From a virus: 64,000 bases of DNA. Numbering within the stretch: position 1 is the stretch's first letter; each line of letters begins with the position of its first letter. This document shows, in pieces, positions 8,940-18,629 of the stretch. Under the pieces are notes generated by a model. That model was not told where the DNA came from. It did no database searches and worked only from the letters and a program-made list of their open reading frames with translations. The stretch covers positions 2,547 to 66,546 of IMG/VR virus record IMGVR_UViG_2667527373_000007; one strand, given 5' to 3'. A program made the position numbers and the translations under genes.

Positions 8940-10406
8940 TTAATTTGCTCTAAGGTTTACTTTAATAACTTCATAGTTGAAATTTTCATCGTTATATATG
9001 TTGACTCTTTCATTAAGGTGTTTAAGAGTATAGTTCTGACCACCGATATCATCAGCGATATCATAGAGTGTTGCCATATCTTTTCCTTCACCTCTCCTCA
9101 GTACTCTACCTATTGACTGAAGATTTCGTATTCTAGACTTGGACGGCGACGCGAAGACGATGTTATGTAATCGCTTAATATTAATACCAGTACTAAAAGT
9201 CCCATACGACGCAATAATAACTGCATTATCTTGTTCCTCCGTAATCAATCGTACTTCTTCACGGTCTGCTACTTCCGTACCACCATGAACAAAAAAGATC
9301 TTGCGATCTTTATCTACAGAATTATTTATGATTTCAAACAATGGTTCTCCGTGCTTTTCGATATAATTAAAGAGTACGAGAGTGTTACCATCTAGATCTC
9401 TAACAAGATTTTTTATGAGATTATTTCTACCTTTGTGTTCGCATAGATAATCTATTTCATCATGGTATGTCTCGAAATGCTGAGGAGCATGTTGACATAA
9501 CAGGATTTTGATTCTAAACTTACTAAGATAGCCTGATTTGATAAGATCATCTGTCTTAGTTACTTGGTCACATGATCCAAAGAGACCTTCAAGTACCCAC
9601 TTATGAGTCTTAGATCCATCTAACGTACCAGTAAAACCAAATCTATACTTAGCATTATGCAACTTAGTCATGATGCCAGTCAATGATTTACTCTTGAATA
9701 GATGTGCTTCATCACCAATGACACAATCTATATCATCAAAATATCTCTTGGGAAACTTGTAGATTGATTGCCAAGTTGATATAATAATATTTTTATTTGT
9801 ATTCTTATCCTTACCACCGTATATCTTATGAACGTACTCCTCCGCATTCCAACCATAGTCACAAAAGTCGTTAACCATTTGCTCGACCAAACTAGTAGTA
9901 GGGACTATGATGAGAATTTTCTTGTTGGTAGCAGTATAGTATCTCACGAGGGAATAGATCATAAGAGATTTCCCAGAACCAGTAGGAGATAAAAGTAACT
10001 TACGATTATTTTTTATAGCCTCGTAGACTGCCTTGTATTGGTAAGTACGAGGTTTTATATTGCAAATTTTATCCATGAAGTGTTTAACACCTGGTGGAGA
10101 TACAAAATTATTATCTTCAACTACATCACCATACCATTCATCAGGTGCAAGATAGATTTTATATTCCCTTTCATCAGCCCATGTCTGAAGATGATCTATC
10201 AATCCACAATATAATGAACCAGAACCAGGAGAGTACAAACGTATAGTACCATCCCAATATTTGTATCTAGGATTCTTTTTTAAATACTTTGCTTCAGGTA
10301 CTTCAAATGTGAAGTAGTCTGCTAATTCTTTATGGACATGTTCTTCATCAGAATGAATTGTAACGTATACTTCATTCTTCTTCTTTACAAAGAGGTTGGT
10401 CATCAC
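8940..10406 (-). CDS. uvsW: SF2 DNA helicase
   Basis: SPTGSGKS, GDEAH, GFTGT, STGINI, LQSIGRVLR. Confidence 0.95.
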   Translation of the reverse strand: MMTNLFVKKKNEVYVTIHSDEEHVHKELADYFTFEVPEAKYLKKNPRYKYWDGTIRLYSPGSGSLYCGLIDHLQTWADEREYKIYLAPDEWYGDVVEDNNFVSPPGVKHFMDKICNIKPRTYQYKAVYEAIKNNRKLLLSPTGSGKSLMIYSLVRYYTATNKKILIIVPTTSLVEQMVNDFCDYGWNAEEYVHKIYGGKDKNTNKNIIISTWQSIYKFPKRYFDDIDCVIGDEAHLFKSKSLTGIMTKLHNAKYRFGFTGTLDGSKTHKWVLEGLFGSCDQVTKTDDLIKSGYLSKFRIKILLCQHAPQHFETYHDEIDYLCEHKGRNNLIKNLVRDLDGNTLVLFNYIEKHGEPLFEIINNSVDKDRKIFFVHGGTEVADREEVRLITEEQDNAVIIASYGTFSTGINIKRLHNIVFASPSKSRIRNLQSIGRVLRRGEGKDMATLYDIADDIGGQNYTLKHLNERVNIYNDENFNYEVIKVNLRAN

Positions 10407-10876
10407 TGCCCATTAATAAACTTCTCCCACTCAATAGCACTCTTGACTTGGAAACCTCTATTTGAAATTTGTTTCATTACTTGATCTAGCCAGTAAAGCA
10501 TTTGATCGAGAAACTTAATCTTCGCTTCTAGGTTAATGACTTCATCATCAGACTCTAGATATACTTTCATCTTTTCAGATGTCTTGATACTATTGCCGAA
10601 AGGTTTCTCGGCATATATCTTTGCGTCAGCTTCTCCTCCATAATACTCACGTTTCTCTTTTACAAGTTTACGAATTTCAAATTCAAGTGAGGTTTTAATC
10701 TGAGATATATCGGTATAGTGGTTTAAGTATTTATTATGGATAAAAGGAATGTCAAGTGCTACCTGAGCTAGATCAGCACTGTACTGTTTATTCTTAAATT
10801 GAAAATCTATATGACTATCTTCTTTCCATTCTTCTCTTAATTTCTCAAATTTATTACGAAGAGTTTCAAAGTTCAT
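10403..10876 (-). CDS. uvsY: recombination mediator protein
   Basis: HNKYL...YYGG...YLESD...ISNRGFQVKSAIEWEKFING; adjacent to uvsW. Confidence 0.9.
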   Translation of the reverse strand: MNFETLRNKFEKLREEWKEDSHIDFQFKNKQYSADLAQVALDIPFIHNKYLNHYTDISQIKTSLEFEIRKLVKEKREYYGGEADAKIYAEKPFGNSIKTSEKMKVYLESDDEVINLEAKIKFLDQMLYWLDQVMKQISNRGFQVKSAIEWEKFINGQ

Positions 10877-11400
10877 AAAGCTTGCATTGATTTATCACGT
10901 ATAAAGAATTGTTGATGTTTGAATGTTACTTCAGCAGTCATGTATTCTATATCAGTCATTCTAGCATCAAACTGCATATTGGTCAAAGCAATTGGAAAGA
11001 CGTTTCTAAATTCTACAACAAATGCTGGTTGATATTGTGAAGTCACTACTTGTAGTTGAGCGTTACTATACTCTTCTTGCTCTGGAGTATCTGCATCATC
11101 ATCTGCTCTACCATTCTGTCTCATCCATTTATGAATTGAATAGTAATTCTTCATGTCCTCATCAATAATAAAGGTAACATTGAAGTCACCAAAAGATACA
11201 CCGCCACCAGGTATGATTGGCAGGTTGCGGAATCTCGTTGCATATTCAGTTGTTGGCATTGTAATATCAGGAATATTTGCTGCCTGACAGAAGAAATCTG
11301 TTCCAGCAAATTTTTCCAATTTTAAAAGAAAACCAATAGGATTCAAGAAGTTCCTATTCTTTGGTTGTTCTTTATACCATTCTGCTCCACCTACAGGCAT
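10873..11400 (-). CDS. gp3: tail tube terminator / head-proximal tail completion protein
   Basis: NFLNPIGF..F...FFCQAANIP, FIIDEDMKNYYSIHKW, F.NVFP..L, AEVTF. Confidence 0.88.
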   Translation of the reverse strand: MPVGGAEWYKEQPKNRNFLNPIGFLLKLEKFAGTDFFCQAANIPDITMPTTEYATRFRNLPIIPGGGVSFGDFNVTFIIDEDMKNYYSIHKWMRQNGRADDDADTPEQEEYSNAQLQVVTSQYQPAFVVEFRNVFPIALTNMQFDARMTDIEYMTAEVTFKHQQFFIRDKSMQAL

Positions 11401-11414
11401 GTCAACTTCCCAAG

Positions 11415-11615
11415 CTACTTACTATTTATTGTTACTACTGGTTTTTCTAGTTCCACTCTTAACTTATCAATTCTTCTTTGTAACTTTTCATATTGTTTTA
11501 CACTACATGCAGCTGCTTTTTCTGAATTATTTTGCAGGACAAAATAAGTTCCAACAGATACTCCTATAGCAACTGCTGTTGATATTCCAATTGTGATTAT
11601 TAAATTCGTGTCCAT
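11415..11615 (-). CDS. small membrane-anchored hypothetical protein
   Basis: 66 aa, N-terminal hydrophobic helix followed by a coiled segment. Confidence 0.65.
   Translation of the reverse strand: MDTNLIITIGISTAVAIGVSVGTYFVLQNNSEKAAACSVKQYEKLQRRIDKLRVELEKPVVTINSK
11423..11430 (-). promoter_or_regulatory. T4-type late promoter (AATAAATA)
   Basis: Plus-strand tatttatt about 20 nt upstream of the gp3 start. Confidence 0.55.
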
Positions 11616-11616
11616 T

Positions 11617-11982
11617 TTATGCTAATACTGGTGCTCCCCCATCATCATCGTCTTCGTCTTCTTCCTCATCTTTCAATGATTCGATACGATCTCTTAATGA
11701 ATTATGTAAAGGATCTCCAAGGTTATGTAACTCAGGTGAATCCAATTTGAATCTTGGATCTACTGAATTTTGTCTTCTTGGATCTGGTATTTGATTAAAA
11801 TTCACAACTAGCAATTCGTCACCATCTTTCAAACCTTCAAGTTCTGGATGAATATTCTTAAATCTTTCTTCTTCAGGATTCTTTTCCATAACTCTCCAAC
11901 CATTAGACATTAACATGATCGCAAACGTGATCAGACCAAACCAAGTGATAAGAAATATTATATTCTCTATACTATGTATCAT
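11617..11982 (-). CDS. membrane-anchored hypothetical protein (DUF2973-like)
   Basis: N-terminal TM helix, HPEL......ELLVVNF motif, acidic tail. Confidence 0.7.
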   Translation of the reverse strand: MIHSIENIIFLITWFGLITFAIMLMSNGWRVMEKNPEEERFKNIHPELEGLKDGDELLVVNFNQIPDPRRQNSVDPRFKLDSPELHNLGDPLHNSLRDRIESLKDEEEDEDDDDGGAPVLA

Positions 11983-12110
11983 CTTTTAACATCGTGAGCA
12001 CATCCATCACCAGTATAGTTATCACTATCATAGTACCCTCCTTTGCTTCCAAAGAAAAGTGACAGTGCTACAAATGGTAGTGCTGTTATTATTAATACTG
12101 TTTCTAACAT
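11979..12110 (-). CDS. small membrane peptide (43 aa)
   Basis: Manual translation MLETVLIITALPFVALSLFFGSKGGYYDSDNYTGDGCAHDVKR; TGATG overlap with the upstream ORF and ATGA overlap with the downstream ORF. Confidence 0.65.
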   Translation of the reverse strand: MLETVLIITALPFVALSLFFGSKGGYYDSDNYTGDGCAHDVKR

Positions 12111-12436
12111 CATCTTCTTGGTATATATCTCTGTGCTTTCTGCGTCGCGTCTTGTACCATTGGCATAATATCACTCTCAACCTTATCTATAACGTCATCT
12201 ATTACATTCACATCTAAATCCATAAACGGTGGAATGATTCCTAAAATTCTTAATAAACCATCAACAAACAATGCTAGGCAAATAAATCCTAGAATCATAC
12301 TAATGATAGTGGCATCTCTATTATGTTTACGCATTGATGCTTCGTCGATTGCTCTTGCTTCTGCTACTGCTTCAGCAATCATAGTATCAACTTCTTCCTT
12401 AGTATAACAAAGGTTAGTAATTGTTTCTTCAGTCAT
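12110..12436 (-). CDS. membrane hypothetical protein
   Basis: 108 aa, GGAGG Shine-Dalgarno, central TM segment ATIISMILGFICLALFVDGLLRILG. Confidence 0.75.
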   Translation of the reverse strand: MTEETITNLCYTKEEVDTMIAEAVAEARAIDEASMRKHNRDATIISMILGFICLALFVDGLLRILGIIPPFMDLDVNVIDDVIDKVESDIMPMVQDATQKAQRYIPRR

Positions 12437-12443
12437 TCGCCTC

Positions 12444-12608
12444 CTAAGAATGGTATTCGTCGAGCACCTCCAATACGTTTATTAGGACTCGCTTGGCCGC
12501 ATTGCGTTGTTCCCAATTCCACTCTGGATACCATTGTTTATCATGGATCCCAGTGATCATCTTGTTAACTCTAGCAGTCATTGCTACTTTGTCTAATCGA
12601 CCATTCAT
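12444..12608 (-). CDS. small hypothetical protein (54 aa)
   Basis: Manual translation MNGRLDKVAMTARVNKMITGIHDKQWYPEWNWEQRNAAKRVLINVLEVLDEYHS; fills the gap after the gp23 terminator. Confidence 0.65.
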   Translation of the reverse strand: MNGRLDKVAMTARVNKMITGIHDKQWYPEWNWEQRNAAKRVLINVLEVLDEYHS

Positions 12609-12645
12609 AATGTACTATAGCATATAGTTCTATTTAATGCAAATA

Positions 12646-12674
12646 ATAAAAAAGGAGACCCGAAGGTCTCCTTT
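12646..12674 (-). terminator. rho-independent terminator after gp23
   Basis: Minus strand AAAGGAGACC-TTCG-GGTCTCCTTT followed by a T run; UUCG tetraloop. Confidence 0.9.
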
Positions 12675-12702
12675 GGTGTTTAAACAGTAACCTTCTTGTA
12701 GA

Positions 12703-14157
12703 TCACATTAGGTTTGCAACGCGAACCCTTCTGTAATACTGGTTCTTGTTGTGGGTCAATGCTTCTGCATCTGGTGTTCCTGTTCCTGTTCCGTCCTGAG
12801 TAACGAATGGGTTTGCGACCATGCCGTAGCGAGTCTTAAATCCAATCTTAGGTTGGAATGTGGATGGATCCACAGATCTGAGCATTTGTAGGGGAACATA
12901 TGGGCAGTAGAATAATCCTGCGTCATATGGTGAAGATCCCTTGTAACCTGCAACGTAGTAGTGGGTGTTAGAAACGTTTGCTGAATAAGGATCAACGTAA
13001 ACCTTAATGCGTCCGTTCATTGTACCTACTAAAAGGTTTCCAGTGTCATCAACTTCACCGATGGAAGGTCCACCAGATCCTTGAAGACCTGAAGAGTAGT
13101 CAAGAGTACCAGACATGGCAAGAGCAGAAGCAACATCAGCAGATGTGATGATGAAGTTACCCTTTCCACGACGAGTTTGCTGTGCAATAGCGTTAGCATC
13201 TCTCTCGATCTGGAACATAAGTCCCTTGAACTTTTCAACTGACCATCTTCCGTTTGAGTCAACGTCTAGGTCAAATACACCTGCGTTGGCAACGTTGTTC
13301 TGAGCACCCTGCTTTGCAACAGTGTAAACTGTACGAACAACCTCACGGTTGATTTCTGCAAGGATCTCACTAGACAATAGGTTAGCGAGTTCTTGCTCTG
13401 CATCAAGACCATGAATAGCTTTTAAGTCTTGAGCAAGTTCTAGTGTGTACTCTGCTTTTAGAGCACGAGTCTTAGCAGTTACCGAGGTTTTCTCGATACT
13501 GAATGACATTTCGTTGAACAGGGTTGAACCTGAACCTAATGTCTCAGCATCTTCTCTGGCAATACCTGTTTCACCACGTTCGTAGTTACCAGTTGTTGTA
13601 CCACCACCAGAAGCGTCGTTAAGAAGACCTGGGTTAGCGTCTGTTGCGCCGTTGTCTCCACGAGGATGTGTGTCGTCACCACCAGCAGCGTTAGTCTGGT
13701 TGTAAGCAGCAGGACCAGCAGATGAAGCTGAGAAGCTTGAATCTGCTTCGTGGAATAGAGCTTCTGGACCTGCACGTAGTGCTGAACCTTGCTCTTGGTA
13801 ATGAGCCTTCATTGCGAAGATTAGTCCTGTTGGACCACTCATTGGTTGAACACCGCAGATATCGTATGCTACCAAGTTTGGCATAGCACGACGAATCAAG
13901 CTGATCATTACTGGGTCGAAACCAGCAAGTCCACCAGTCTTAGTAGTAAGACCAGAACCTGATAGTCCGTCTCCACCGATAGCACCTACAGTGTTAGAAG
14001 CCTCATTGATCATACCACGCTCTTCGCGTAGTTGTTTTTCTGTATTTTCTAACAGTACAGCAGTAACAGCCTTTCTATAATTGTCTTTGATGGCTCCCGC
14101 GCCTTCATGACTTAGAACAGGGTTCCACTTTTCTGTTAGAGCTTGTGCATTAAACAT
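12703..14157 (-). CDS. gp23: major capsid protein
   Basis: FDPVMISLIRRAMPNLVAYDICGVQPMSGPTGLIFAM, AKTRALKAEYTLELAQDLKAIHGLDAE, FYCPYVPLQM, PKIGFKTRYG. Confidence 0.98.
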   Translation of the reverse strand: MFNAQALTEKWNPVLSHEGAGAIKDNYRKAVTAVLLENTEKQLREERGMINEASNTVGAIGGDGLSGSGLTTKTGGLAGFDPVMISLIRRAMPNLVAYDICGVQPMSGPTGLIFAMKAHYQEQGSALRAGPEALFHEADSSFSASSAGPAAYNQTNAAGGDDTHPRGDNGATDANPGLLNDASGGGTTTGNYERGETGIAREDAETLGSGSTLFNEMSFSIEKTSVTAKTRALKAEYTLELAQDLKAIHGLDAEQELANLLSSEILAEINREVVRTVYTVAKQGAQNNVANAGVFDLDVDSNGRWSVEKFKGLMFQIERDANAIAQQTRRGKGNFIITSADVASALAMSGTLDYSSGLQGSGGPSIGEVDDTGNLLVGTMNGRIKVYVDPYSANVSNTHYYVAGYKGSSPYDAGLFYCPYVPLQMLRSVDPSTFQPKIGFKTRYGMVANPFVTQDGTGTGTPDAEALTHNKNQYYRRVRVANLM

Positions 14158-14194
14158 TGTTCTAACTTTAGAAAAAATTGGGTTTGTAATATAA

Positions 14195-15364
14195 TTATGT
14201 CCAGCGATTTAGTGCTTGGAGATATGTATCCATTGCTGGAGTAACATCTTTGTCTGCACCTTCAACTGGTGTCTCATCTGCAACCTCAGATTGGGTTACG
14301 GTTGACTCCTTGAAATAGCTCTCCTTGATAGTTGTTACTTTCTTGGTGAACTCTTCCTCAGTTGTAAACTCGATTCCCTCTGCGAGAGCAGCGAGCTTGT
14401 CTTTCTGAGTATCTGCTAGTCCTTCTGAAACATTCTTCAGAACAACAACTCTTGCAGATTCATCTAGACGGTTTTGTAACTTCACATTAGCTTTGACCTG
14501 TTCGTCAAGGCGTGTTTCCATCTCACGAATTTGATCAGCCATACCTTCTACCACATCAACTTTATCATCTGGGATAGAAATGTAGTGCTCCTCAAAGAGA
14601 TTCTTCAGACCTGCAATGAAGTCTTCGGTGATCTCAGTCTTTATACCTTGGTCAACGGCAAGTATATTCTCTTCCTTCCATTGTCCAACGGCGTAATTCA
14701 CTGTGCCTGAGACTTCTTCAGAAAGTTCTTTCTTAATCTCTTCAACTTTCTTCTCTGTCTCTTCAGCAAAGTGTTTTACAAGCTTGTCGTACTCTTCCTT
14801 GAGTTTTGCTTTTACTGCTGCCTCGAAAATTGTTTTTGCTTTCTCGGCAAACTCTTCGGTGAGTTCTGTTCCCTCTAGTAGGGCTTTGATGTCATCGGAA
14901 ACGTCGAGTTCAAAACCAGCATGAATTGGATATGTGACCTTGCCACCATCTCCAGTTCCGTATGCTACCTGAGTACCTACAGTTGGTGTTGTACCTTGAT
15001 CACCAGCATCATTGATGTTACTTGTCTGAGCAGTACCATCACTTTGTGCTGCCTTAGCTCCTACAGGAGCGGCTGCCTTAGCACCAGGATTTTCTTCACC
15101 GTCTTCGTCATGCTCGTTTGGAGTCGTGGAACTTCCACCTAAGTCCGTCACTGACTGTGCGCCAGGAACAGCATCGGTTCCAACTTTAGGTTGGGGATCT
15201 TTACCACTAGCACTTGATGTTTGAACATCAGAGGTTTGTGATGGATCAGAACCAGTTCCAGGAATTACTTCAGCAGAAACTGATGGCATAGGATCTCCTT
15301 CTTTAAGAGTAACCTTTTGCTCAGTCGCCAACTCCTCAAACTTTTCGTTTAATGTATCAGACAT
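14195..15364 (-). CDS. gp22: prohead core scaffold protein
   Basis: FAEKAKTIFEAAV, LKNLFEEHYI, KVTTIKESYF; located between gp21 and gp23. Confidence 0.92.
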   Translation of the reverse strand: MSDTLNEKFEELATEQKVTLKEGDPMPSVSAEVIPGTGSDPSQTSDVQTSSASGKDPQPKVGTDAVPGAQSVTDLGGSSTTPNEHDEDGEENPGAKAAAPVGAKAAQSDGTAQTSNINDAGDQGTTPTVGTQVAYGTGDGGKVTYPIHAGFELDVSDDIKALLEGTELTEEFAEKAKTIFEAAVKAKLKEEYDKLVKHFAEETEKKVEEIKKELSEEVSGTVNYAVGQWKEENILAVDQGIKTEITEDFIAGLKNLFEEHYISIPDDKVDVVEGMADQIREMETRLDEQVKANVKLQNRLDESARVVVLKNVSEGLADTQKDKLAALAEGIEFTTEEEFTKKVTTIKESYFKESTVTQSEVADETPVEGADKDVTPAMDTYLQALNRWT

Positions 15365-15402
15365 TTGTTAAATTCCTCGAATTTCCGTATATAATCTAAG
15401 TT

Positions 15403-15410
15403 TATTTATT
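15403..15410 (-). promoter_or_regulatory. T4-type late promoter (AATAAATA)
   Basis: Upstream of the gp22 start. Confidence 0.55.
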
Positions 15411-15413
15411 AAA

Positions 15414-16058
15414 TCAGAGTTTTGAAAGGAAGTCATTGAAGACTTGCAATGTTTTTTCCTCTAATTCTTGACGCGATGACGCATCCATTACACCTTTATA
15501 TTTAGCAACTTCTGTTTCCTTTAGGATACCATTACTCCAAACCCACTCTTTACCTTCCATTATTCCATTAACGAAAGCATCAGGTGCGGATGGATCTGCA
15601 ACAATATCAGCAGCAGTTGTTAACATAAAATCATCTTGAACTATAGAGCAGTCCTCTCTCTTATCAATACTTCCCATTCCTCTAGAAGAGACACCTAGCT
15701 GTACACCTTCTTTCAAAAGTGACTTAGCAATCTGTCCCATTGGAGTGTCAAGTATCTGTGCCTTCCCCATGAAATTGGTTCCTTCAGCGCGGAGTTCTGT
15801 TATCCTGTGAGAGACTCTATCAAGATTAACAGTAGGTCCATCGGGATGTCCCAACTCACCTAATGCTCTCTTACTTTTAACGTATTCCTCGTTGTATCTT
15901 TGTACTTCTCTGTTAAGAGTTTCAAAAGGATACATACGACCATTACGATTCTTTAATTCAGACTGCAAAAATACTCCTTCAATATAAAGAAGTTTCTTTC
16001 CATTCTTTTCTTCTTCAAGAACTTGGATGTTCTCTATCGCTTCCGTTATCAGTTTCAT
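15414..16058 (-). CDS. gp21: prohead core protease
   Basis: YIEGVFLQSELKNRNGRMY, ALGELGHP, GVSSRGMGS, ADIVADPSAPDAFV. Confidence 0.95.
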   Translation of the reverse strand: MKLITEAIENIQVLEEEKNGKKLLYIEGVFLQSELKNRNGRMYPFETLNREVQRYNEEYVKSKRALGELGHPDGPTVNLDRVSHRITELRAEGTNFMGKAQILDTPMGQIAKSLLKEGVQLGVSSRGMGSIDKREDCSIVQDDFMLTTAADIVADPSAPDAFVNGIMEGKEWVWSNGILKETEVAKYKGVMDASSRQELEEKTLQVFNDFLSKL

Positions 16059-16266
16059 TTGATTCTGGCTCTACTACAGGTGGTTCATTGAATAATGATT
16101 GTGACACTTCTTTCTTATGTGCTCCAAGAACATCAGCTGCCTTGGCATATAAAAGATCATTAATATCATCAATAGCAGAAGCTCTGTCGTTATCCTTAAT
16201 TTTAGTAACGATATCAACGGCTCCTGGTATCTTCAAATCATTATCTACATCAGTTTCTTGTGTCAT
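16015..16266 (-). CDS. small acidic protein between gp20 and gp21 (prohead-core position)
   Basis: 83 aa, syntenic position; CTAAATA element at 16287-16293 upstream. Confidence 0.7.
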   Translation of the reverse strand: MTQETDVDNDLKIPGAVDIVTKIKDNDRASAIDDINDLLYAKAADVLGAHKKEVSQSLFNEPPVVEPESNETDNGSDREHPSS

Positions 16267-16285
16267 AATAATATAATCTTATTTT

Positions 16286-17971
16286 TTATTTAGTATTATT
16301 GGAAGGTTTGGACGCGGGAAGTTTAGGTTTTGCCTTCTCTGCTTCTATTGCCCTTTGGTTATCATCCTCTGCTTGTTGCGCTTCAATCTCTGGAGCAAAC
16401 GCTGAATTTTGACGATCCATCATATCAAGTTCAGTGACATTGATAGGATCCATTACTAGACCAGCTTCAATCTCAGCCTTGATTTGTTTGTCCATTTCCT
16501 TGTAGTCTTTGTCAGTCTGACCAAGGATATTACGACGTACATGCTCTATAGAATAATACTTGCCTACAAATGGATCCATCTGAGTAACAGTTTGCATCCT
16601 CATGTTTGACATTTCTAATTCTTTTAACTCATTGAAATGATTGTCAAAGAGATAATCATATTGAATATGCTCTTTCATATCATCCCAATCTTCAGGAGCA
16701 ATTACTCCTTTAAGGATGAGTTGCGTTTTGAGAATGTCTTGAAAGAGTTCACTAAATCTTTTACGTAACCTTCCAATGAACTTGGTAAACTTAATCTCGT
16801 CACGGAGGACTTCTGTGGTTTTACCAAGGTTGAATCCTTTATTATCGTCTGTGAGGCGGGAAGGAGGAAGATTAAGGCTATTATATAACTTCTTCCTAAA
16901 GTACTCAACATCTTTTAACTCTCCTAGATTCTGTCCACCAGGTAGTGTGGTAATCTCAGTTCCACGACCACCCTCTCTACGAGGCAACCAGAAATCCTCA
17001 AGCATACTCATGTGCTTTTTATCATCACGCATCTCACCAGTTTGTGAGTCGTAAACTAACTTGTTACGATAACGTGCCATGACATCACGTAGGTATTGTT
17101 CCGCTTTAATCTTTGGAAGATTTCCTACATCAATATAAAATATTCTTCTTTCAGGTGCTCTTGATAATCTGTAGATAACAAGTGCATCTTCGATCATACG
17201 CAATTGATTAAGAGACTTAATTGCTTTATGCAAGAAGCTCATAGTCATTCGCTTATTAAGATCCTGAAGACCTGAAGGAATAAAGGTGATTGAATCAACT
17301 GCGATCTTGACACCTTGAGACAATGACATGTCTCCTACTGGTCCAAGAACACCACCTTTATAAAAACCTTTTGGATTGTAGAGATAGTAATCTACAAATG
17401 TTCCATACTCATACTCTAATGCTGTACCTTTAATTGCTGCTTTTGCAAGAGAGTCTTTTGGAGTATTATCAATTTTTTGTCTGACCTTCTTGATCTTCAT
17501 AGGATCAATATAACGAAGTTCAGTAATACCCTTCTTTGGATTTTCTAAATCTATTACCTTATGATAAAAAATTCGTCCGTCAATATACCATGAACGAACG
17601 ATTTCATGAGCACGGTTATCAAAATTCAAAAGTCTTTTGATATACTCAAACTCATTTCTAATTTTTGTTTTTACACCAGCACCTACACTTAGATTATCTA
17701 AATTGATTTCTACTGGAGTATCATTATTATCACTGACAACAAATTCGTTGACTACCTCGTCTACCGCACTATCCACTTCTGGATGTATCGACATGTCTCG
17801 GTATCTACGAATAAGTTCAAACTCATTACGAGCTTGATTATCTGTATCAACATAGGTTCCATAGTAACCTCCTGCTGCTACTGCAATAGGCTCATCAGCA
17901 GCAGGTGGGACAGGGGATTGACCCCTTTTTCCCACCTTTTTATTAATCTGGAAGCCAAATAGTTGACTCAT
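16286..17971 (-). CDS. gp20: portal vertex protein
   Basis: WYIDGRIFYHK, QLRMIEDALVIYRLSRAPERRIFYIDVGNLPK, EDFWLPRREGGRGTEITTLPG. Confidence 0.97.
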   Translation of the reverse strand: MSQLFGFQINKKVGKRGQSPVPPAADEPIAVAAGGYYGTYVDTDNQARNEFELIRRYRDMSIHPEVDSAVDEVVNEFVVSDNNDTPVEINLDNLSVGAGVKTKIRNEFEYIKRLLNFDNRAHEIVRSWYIDGRIFYHKVIDLENPKKGITELRYIDPMKIKKVRQKIDNTPKDSLAKAAIKGTALEYEYGTFVDYYLYNPKGFYKGGVLGPVGDMSLSQGVKIAVDSITFIPSGLQDLNKRMTMSFLHKAIKSLNQLRMIEDALVIYRLSRAPERRIFYIDVGNLPKIKAEQYLRDVMARYRNKLVYDSQTGEMRDDKKHMSMLEDFWLPRREGGRGTEITTLPGGQNLGELKDVEYFRKKLYNSLNLPPSRLTDDNKGFNLGKTTEVLRDEIKFTKFIGRLRKRFSELFQDILKTQLILKGVIAPEDWDDMKEHIQYDYLFDNHFNELKELEMSNMRMQTVTQMDPFVGKYYSIEHVRRNILGQTDKDYKEMDKQIKAEIEAGLVMDPINVTELDMMDRQNSAFAPEIEAQQAEDDNQRAIEAEKAKPKLPASKPSNNTK

Positions 17972-17999
17972 AATTATTTCCCATACTCAATACCAATAG

Positions 18000-18007
18000 T
18001 ATTTATT
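18000..18007 (-). promoter_or_regulatory. T4-type late promoter (AATAAATA)
   Basis: Overlaps the gp19 stop, upstream of gp20. Confidence 0.55.
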
Positions 18008-18596
18008 ATACTACGGAAAGTTGAGAAACGCCAGCTCTTGCTCCATTGGAGTTTGCAGTGAAGTATGAATACTGGAATTCAACTGAGAATTCTTCAATTT
18101 GATCATTGCTGTCATAAGCAATATCAATTTGAGAAACGTTAGTTGGGAATGCATACTTTAGACTGTAAGTTCTAAGTACAGAACCTTCTGCACTAGAATC
18201 TTTTTCCAATTGCTTGACTCCAAGATCTGCTGTATAACCAGTAGAATTATTAGGAGTAAAGAGTGGAGATGTATTTCCTTCGTGAGTGTTAATGCTATTA
18301 GCCCACTGCTCGAAGAATGTACGGAGTTTGAAATCCTTATCGTTGAAGAATGTTGCACTCCAAGTATCGAATGTTCTGTCTCCAGCAATCTTAACTGTTC
18401 TTCCTCTGAAAGGAACTTCAATTACACCCAAGTTAGAACCAGGGAGAGCTGCTGATTTACAGAGCAGGTTGGAGAGATTTTGATCCTCTCCTTCCTTACT
18501 TAGAGCAGCTGGATATTGCATGTCGATCAGGAACATATTGGGCTTCACGCCCTGTCCAATAGTTTGTAAAAACTCTGATACGTTTGACCTTGCCAT
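18006..18596 (-). CDS. gp19: tail tube protein
   Basis: LCKSAALPGSNLGVIEVPFRGRTVKIAGDRTFDTW, FPTNVSQIDIAYD, EEFSVEFQY. Confidence 0.95.
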   Translation of the reverse strand: MARSNVSEFLQTIGQGVKPNMFLIDMQYPAALSKEGEDQNLSNLLCKSAALPGSNLGVIEVPFRGRTVKIAGDRTFDTWSATFFNDKDFKLRTFFEQWANSINTHEGNTSPLFTPNNSTGYTADLGVKQLEKDSSAEGSVLRTYSLKYAFPTNVSQIDIAYDSNDQIEEFSVEFQYSYFTANSNGARAGVSQLSVV

Positions 18597-18629
18597 TAGT
18601 TTACCTCTTTAATGTTTGTGCTCTATGAA